64,000 bases of DNA from Picochlorum sp. SENEW3 (lineage: Eukaryota). Positions within the stretch are counted from its first letter, which is position 1. Each line of letters starts with the position of its first letter. Positions 57,918 through 64,000 of this stretch are shown piece by piece. The stretch is from assembly GCA_034226945.1 (NCBI GenBank), contig CP120463.1, positions 620,001 to 684,000 of the forward strand, in the 5' to 3' direction. Made by a program: the position numbers and the translations under genes. A model generated the notes under the pieces. The model searched no databases and was not told the DNA's origin. It saw nothing but the letters and a program-made list of their open reading frames with translations.

Positions 57918-60900
57918 TTAAAACTTTTTCAAAAATTTGAGCCTGGCCTTCTCAGCCTTCTTCGCTGCCTTTTCAGCAGCCAGCCTTTCCTTTTTCAGTC
58001 TTCGCTCTTCTTTTGCCTTTAGTTTTTCCTCCAATGCAGCACCATCCAGATGTTCATCATCTTCGACAGACTCGCCGCCAAGGGTTGATAGAGATGCCAC
58101 AGAGGATGCTGTGGTCATGGATGCCAATGACTGTACAGAAGGAACTTCTGAAATCTGCTGGCCTTTGACTGTCACTTTTCCGTCGGCAACAATCCATTCC
58201 TCCGAGCATAAGGCAGATGTGAACTCATTATTATGGGATATCATGAGAACTCCACCATTATATTCCTTGATACCCGAGGCCAAGGCGCCAAGCGAGTCTC
58301 TGTCCAAGTAGTTGGTAGGCTCATCTAGAACTAACAGGTGTGGCTGACACCACATTGCTGCTGCCAGGACCAGTTTGACCTTTTGTCCTCCAGACAGGCC
58401 ACGTATCATATTGTGTGCTGCGATTTCTTCTTCCAGTCCAAAGTCCTTGAGATGCTGGATGACCATTGGGTTGGAGAGAGCACGATAGTTTCTAAAGTTT
58501 GCAATCTTTGCATCCATCTCTTCCACAAGTTTTCCCAGCCCCATCTCCTCTACGAGTTTTGTTCTCGTGTACCAGACATTCTCTCGCGAGCTTTGCCCAT
58601 ACCATTGTACCTCGTACTCATATTCTTTGCTCTTGTTACCCATTCGCCTGGAATTCAAAAAGTCAACAACTCTTTTCCCAGCAGCAATGGCATCTTCTCT
58701 GGCCTTGATTTCTTCATCAGTGAGCTTTCGCGTAGCCTTTTCTTTTGCTTCCCTATCTTCTCCATCGCCAAATCTCCACCAGATATATTGCGCCGGTGTC
58801 TTTTCCAAATGATCTTCAATGTGATGGAATGCATGCTGTGCCACATAGGCAATCCTCAAGTTTGGATGCCTCCAGACAGTACCTTCAGTGGGGAGAGTTT
58901 CACCAGTAATAACCTTGATTAAAGTAGATTTTCCGGCTCCATTTCTACCGATAACAGCGACTCTGGAACCCAGTGTACAGCGGACTGTGACATCAGAAAT
59001 CTGAGGTTTTGGTGCACCAGGATAGGTGAAGGACATTTTCAACACACGGATGACTGGCTGCCTTTTTCCTTTGACTCCATCCAAGAACCCTGGCTCAGGG
59101 AATGTAAATTTAAATGCAGCTGCAGAGAGCTCGTAGTATGCCTTTGCCTCTGGCTTGACCTTGACAAATTCACTGAGGTTGCCCACGTAATGGACTAGCT
59201 TTCTCTTCTCATAATGAATAATATCAGTGCAAACATCATCCAAGAATCCAGAATCGTGTGAAACAATCATTGATGAGATATCCGTCTTTTTGGTCAGGTA
59301 GTCAACTAACCAAGCCACGTTGGTTGTGTCCATGTGATTTGTGGGCTCATCCAGCAGAAGAATATCAGCACCAATCAACATGGCTCGGGCAAGGGCGAGC
59401 TTCATTCTCCATCCTCCAGACAATGAAGCAATTGGAGCTGCCTGTAACTGGTCAGAGAAACCAACTTCTGCCAAAACTTCAATGACCTTTTCTCGTGATG
59501 GAGACTGGGCCTCCTGAACAACCTCATCCTCGAAAATAAAGTCAACAACCGGAGTTTCGCTGACAGATGCGTCAATATCATGGGCTACATACACTGTACG
59601 GAGTTCTTCTTTCGGTGGAAATCCATCGAGTTGCCCATTCGCGATCGCCTTCATCAGGGTTGACTTCCCTGCACCATTGGCTCCACAGAGGCCATACCGT
59701 CTGCCTCGCCTCAATCTAAGCGTCGTATTGGTCAACAAAATACGCCCACCATACGCAAGACTAAATTCACAGTTGCATAGTTCGTCATCAAACTCTTCCT
59801 CCTCCTGAACAACCTCACCCATATGTGTCAATGCCCACTTGCGAAGGCCAACAGTCAATTCTTTTGTCTTCTCCTCATCCCCAGAAGCAGGGTTCAGGTA
59901 CTCAAAGCATGCAGAATCCCACGAGCGGGGTCCGTGGATATGAGAACGAATCAAAGAAGCGCAGACATTAGCCACATATGCAGCTGCAGAGTCAACAGCT
60001 GGAGCTGCATCAGCGGGGAAATCAGCCTTGTCAATCAGCACACTCAATTCCTTGAACACTTCTTCTTTCGAGGCAGCAATTCCTGCAACCTTTGCAACAG
60101 CTTCATCCTCATCACGAATCTTCTTCAATGCACCACTCGCTCGTGCGGCTACGTCACGCAGCTCTGGGTCCGCAGCCTGATCCGAAACCTTGTCCAACGC
60201 AGGGATCAACACTGGCAAGAATGGCCTTGCATCAACCGGGTCAAGAACCAATTTGGACATGTTCTCGATAATAATACACGCTCTCCTCTGTGTTTTTGTC
60301 GAACGCTCCTTCAAAGCGCGATCCATGATTGGTACCAGGACTGCCATGCATGCATCCTCCATGGTCTGAACAAATGTTGTTGCAGACAATTTTGCCACCA
60401 AATCAGTAACCTCAGTAGGGTGAGCAATACAAGATACTACCGCTGGAACATTTGGATCCAAATCTCTATTCCCAGCAGCATAACAACACGCAAGTAGAGC
60501 ATTCTTGGCAGTCTCTGCGACTTCCATTCTGCTGTCCACAACTGCCTCTGACAAGCTTGGAATCAGTTTATGCATACTATGTCCCATTTCTCCCGGAAAT
60601 TCGGACGCCCTCGTATCTAAACATTTTAGAGCACCGACCCGAATCTGCCACTTATTTGTTTTTGTCATAAACTGCAACAATGTCTCAATAATGCCAGTGG
60701 TTGCATGGGCATTCAATTTCTTCATCAGGGTTGACCCAGCCTTCTCAGCAGCCTCACGCACATCCGACTCCTTTGCATCAAAGCACCCCAACACATGAGG
60801 TGACAAACTCATAAGAAAAGGCTCCACTGCCTTTCCATTCTCCAGAGCCATCCCAACAACAGCCTTTAATGAGACTCTCCTCGCGTCAACCCCATGCATC

Positions 60901-61214
60901 CCTTGCAGACTCTCTTGCACCACCGAGCTCAACCCACTTCTCATGAACAACCCCACACCAACATACTCCACCAAAGCAGGCAAGCCAGTCCCTGCCTTGA
61001 CCTCCCCTTCCTTCATCTTCTCCGCAACAATTTCTGCCGCCATCTCCACATCACCCTCTGCTTGAATCAAATAGTCATTAAAGCAACTTTCAGCAGACGC
61101 TTCTTGCTTTACCTCCGCAGCCTTATTCGCAGAACTATCATCAGCTGCTGCTACAGGCTTTGACGCCCGAACAATGCGAATACCGCCAGGTTTGGCAGCC
61201 GCACTCGACGTCAT
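57918..61214 (-). CDS. EF3: Eukaryotic elongation factor 3 (eEF3; HEAT + two ABC domains with chromo-like insert)
   Basis: LSATTFVQ, LCNCEFSLAYG, GANGAGKSTLMKAIANGQLDGFP, LSGGWRMKLALARA, YVAQHAFHHI, YEYEVQW, LSGGQKVKLVLAA. Confidence 0.93.
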   Translation of the reverse strand: MTSSAAAKPGGIRIVRASKPVAAADDSSANKAAEVKQEASAESCFNDYLIQAEGDVEMAAEIVAEKMKEGEVKAGTGLPALVEYVGVGLFMRSGLSSVVQESLQGMHGVDARRVSLKAVVGMALENGKAVEPFLMSLSPHVLGCFDAKESDVREAAEKAGSTLMKKLNAHATTGIIETLLQFMTKTNKWQIRVGALKCLDTRASEFPGEMGHSMHKLIPSLSEAVVDSRMEVAETAKNALLACCYAAGNRDLDPNVPAVVSCIAHPTEVTDLVAKLSATTFVQTMEDACMAVLVPIMDRALKERSTKTQRRACIIIENMSKLVLDPVDARPFLPVLIPALDKVSDQAADPELRDVAARASGALKKIRDEDEAVAKVAGIAASKEEVFKELSVLIDKADFPADAAPAVDSAAAYVANVCASLIRSHIHGPRSWDSACFEYLNPASGDEEKTKELTVGLRKWALTHMGEVVQEEEEFDDELCNCEFSLAYGGRILLTNTTLRLRRGRRYGLCGANGAGKSTLMKAIANGQLDGFPPKEELRTVYVAHDIDASVSETPVVDFIFEDEVVQEAQSPSREKVIEVLAEVGFSDQLQAAPIASLSGGWRMKLALARAMLIGADILLLDEPTNHMDTTNVAWLVDYLTKKTDISSMIVSHDSGFLDDVCTDIIHYEKRKLVHYVGNLSEFVKVKPEAKAYYELSAAAFKFTFPEPGFLDGVKGKRQPVIRVLKMSFTYPGAPKPQISDVTVRCTLGSRVAVIGRNGAGKSTLIKVITGETLPTEGTVWRHPNLRIAYVAQHAFHHIEDHLEKTPAQYIWWRFGDGEDREAKEKATRKLTDEEIKAREDAIAAGKRVVDFLNSRRMGNKSKEYEYEVQWYGQSSRENVWYTRTKLVEEMGLGKLVEEMDAKIANFRNYRALSNPMVIQHLKDFGLEEEIAAHNMIRGLSGGQKVKLVLAAAMWCQPHLLVLDEPTNYLDRDSLGALASGIKEYNGGVLMISHNNEFTSALCSEEWIVADGKVTVKGQQISEVPSVQSLASMTTASSVASLSTLGGESVEDDEHLDGAALEEKLKAKEERRLKKERLAAEKAAKKAEKARLKFLKKF

Positions 61215-61805
61215 ACTGTTGTACCTCAAACTGTGTGTCACAGGTGTTTATATTATACGCAAACACAGCAATCCCTGCAATCATACAGATACTAAATTAC
61301 ACGCATGGCTAATTATATGTATATATGCTCTGCACTGACTCATGTATACGCCTCCCTGTCGTTTTCTCTCGAGGACAGCAGTCTGCTGCATGTCACATGC
61401 AAGACAAACCGGCGTCTGGTCGACAGAAAAGAGACCATACACCCCCCATACCACCATCACATAATTCTATATGTATATATACACCAAGTGAATCAGCACA
61501 TTCTCACGTACAAATACTTTTGCGTCGACTGACTGAAACACTCCACAGACCACACTGAGAAATCCCCACTTGGCCAACAGAAATGATGAATGCAGTGCAC
61601 CAAAGATGTATAAATAGCACAATGTGAGTCTGTCATGGCCATATTGGAGTTGTCAGTGATTGAACCCACGACGATTCACATGGCCGCGTTCTCCGTGAAT
61701 AAAACAAAAGAAACGTGTCTCTCGTGTCTCTCGTGTCGTATTGAGACCCATTTCCTAGCCTCACCCTTCACAGTAGGGATTTGTCCAATATATTTATACG
61801 ACAAT

Positions 61806-63653
61806 ATGGTACCTGTGATGGCCAATGCCATGAGGAATACGAGCGCGCGGACATTACACAGCTCTAGCCTCACGACAAGCCGTGTATCTCCATTGCGGCT
61901 AGAACGCTCTCTAGTGTATAGAAAAGGACGATTGTTACATACATTGTCGAGAATTCACAGCGCAAGCCAGGATGATGAGCAGAAAACGTCGGATGAAGGT
62001 AGTAGCGATCGAATTTCTCAGACTTTGGCGGATCTAGATGCGTTGCTCGGGGTCGAGGAGGAAAAAGAAACAGAAAATAGTAGCGATGAAGGATTGGTGG
62101 AACAGACCGAGGTTGGGATTGCTCCATCGGTGATTCAAGCCATGGCTGAGGCCGAGGCTGAACGGGCAAAGAATGAGGAAGGACTTCCAAAGAATGTGAA
62201 TGATTCAATCGGTAGGATTGTTGAGCAGGCGAGAAAGTTGTCGAATGAGAATAAGGAGACTGGGACTGCTGGAGAGGAGGCGATGAGGAAGGAGTTTGAG
62301 CAGTTGCTGACAGTGTTGACAAGCCCACGAGGCATTGATCCTGAGGAGATTAAAGAGATGAAGGAAAAGGTTTTTGGTACGCAGACATTTTTTGTGACTG
62401 AGATTCTGCCGACGGCAGAGTTCGATCAGGGGATTTTGGTCAGAGGGAATTTTAGAGGGAAGAGGGAGGAGAAATTTGAGGAGATTTGCAACAAGATACA
62501 AGAGCTGTATGGTACGGCTGTGATTACAGAATCTCTGTGAACGTAGTAACATTACATATTAATGTGATTTCATCTGTATGCAGGGGACAAATTTGTGGTT
62601 CGTATGATTGAAGAGAGAGATGTGCAGATGGAGGGTGATGTTGAGGCACGGGTCTCTCTGCAAGTTATTCCAACGGAATCAGCGATCAACCCTTCTCCTG
62701 CAGGCTGGCAGCGAGGGTTGAGTTTTGTTTTGATTGGACTGACACTGGCCACATCCTTGCAATTGGGAGTAACTGCCAATGTTGGTCTGTTGCCAAAGGA
62801 GACCCTCCTGTGGCTTGCCAATCCAGAGAATATCAACTCGGATATTCTACCACCAGGTCTGGAAAACTTTGACCCTCTTCCATTTTTGGAATCAGCGATG
62901 AAAGTGGGAGGGGCTGCGCTCATCCCTCAGCTTGCGCATGAGATAGGCCATGCTGTTGCATCCATCATCTTGGGAATCAAGACAGGACCAAGCTATTTAA
63001 TCCCAAATGGACAACTCGGCACATTTGGAAGTATCACTCAGATTAAAAATTTAGCAAAGAATAAAAAGGATCTGTTTGATTTCGCAGCTGCAGGACTGGT
63101 TGGTGGCGGTGTTGCAAGCTTGGCTCTCTTTATTGCTGGACTTGTGGCATCGCAGGCCGGTGGGGGAGCCGACGCTGGTCTTGTCCCCGTCCCCGTCCAA
63201 TTATTCCAGGGGAGCTTATTCTTGGGGAGCATTTGCAAATTTGTCCTCGGGTCTGATGCCATCTCTGGCACAAATGTATTTGTCAGCCCTCTTCTCATTG
63301 GTGGATGGTGTGGCCTTGTCACCACATCATTGAATGCACTCCCAGTCGGCACTCTCGATGGTGGACGAACCATGATATCAGCATATGGCAAGACTGCGTT
63401 GGCATTCACCAGTCTCGCGTCATATATAGGCTTGGGACTGGGAATATTAGGAAATGCGCTTGCACTGCCATTTGGGTTGTACGTCTTAATCTGCCAGAGG
63501 GAAGGAGAAAGACGGATCCAAAACGAAGTCACTGAAGTTGACGATGCACGTAAAACAATTGCTCTTGCGATTGCAGCAATCGCTGTGTGTATCTTGCTGC
63601 CAGGAATCCCTGACCCAACTCAAATAGCCCTGGATTCTGGAACCTTTCTGTAA
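61806..63653 (+). CDS. EGY-family (M50/S2P) thylakoid metalloprotease (intron ~62512-62583)
   Basis: FGTQTFFVTE, VRGNFRG, AHEIGH (HExxH), GTFGSIT, LNALPVGTLDGG (NxxPxxxLDG). Confidence 0.9.
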
Positions 63654-64000
63654 GATTGAGATGAGTCCACGTATTCAACAAACACACCAGAACCAGGCTA
63701 TTCAAAATTATATTATAAAAAGCATGACGTATGTAACGTAGCAACGAGAGGAATCTCGCATTACGGGAGGAATCTCTACTGCATGTTCTTTGTTTTCCAC
63801 TGCACAGCCCAGTCGCTTTTCATGCCATTTTAGAGCGATATACTCATATTTATTGGCTAGAAAAACATCATATGGATACTATATGCCATGGAGGAGGAAC
63901 AATGTGTGCTAATCCAAGGTTTTTGGGCTGTTTTGTGCCAAATTCTTCTCTTCTTGCTAGCGTTGTCGACGCTCGTGTATAAGAGATCCAGGGAGAATCC

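Noticed and set aside
1..64000. CRISPR arrays, tRNA/rRNA genes, transposase or reverse-transcriptase ORFs, selenoprotein read-through
   Set aside because: None recognised by eye; a tRNAscan/Rfam/SECIS search would be needed to exclude them fully

Overview
Gene-dense eukaryotic nuclear DNA from a compact-genome green alga. Short GT-AG introns, TGTAA poly(A)-type signals, plastid-targeted genes and eEF3 fit a Picochlorum/Chlorellales-like trebouxiophyte (inference). About 37 protein-coding genes are supported, mostly housekeeping: AATF, SPY, TFB4, GPAT9, TrpD, Sec14, RPS28, a TBC GAP, DnaJ, LAF3-like amidohydrolase, CSN3, starch synthase, SET protein, PEAMT, EMC8/9, KEA, ADT, EF-P, DYRKP, DHAD, SBP factor, RTEL1, D-LDH, SDH3, OLA1, PAC-like, UBC7, TOM40, HEATR6, eEF3 and EGY. 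The most interesting signals are non-coding: (1) a ~210-290 nt highly structured RNA-like element with paired ends between the SBP and RTEL1 genes; (2) an H/ACA snoRNA-like element in the DHAD intron; (3) a 220-bp MITE-like inverted-repeat element; (4) co-oriented gene pairs 40-56 nt apart (candidate bicistronic loci); (5) an RPS28 gene with two alternative ATG-only first exons around a structured intron. An orphan ORF weakly resembling LINE ORF1 and a secreted CxxC-repeat protein also stand out. Exon boundaries and family assignments were read by eye, without database searches.
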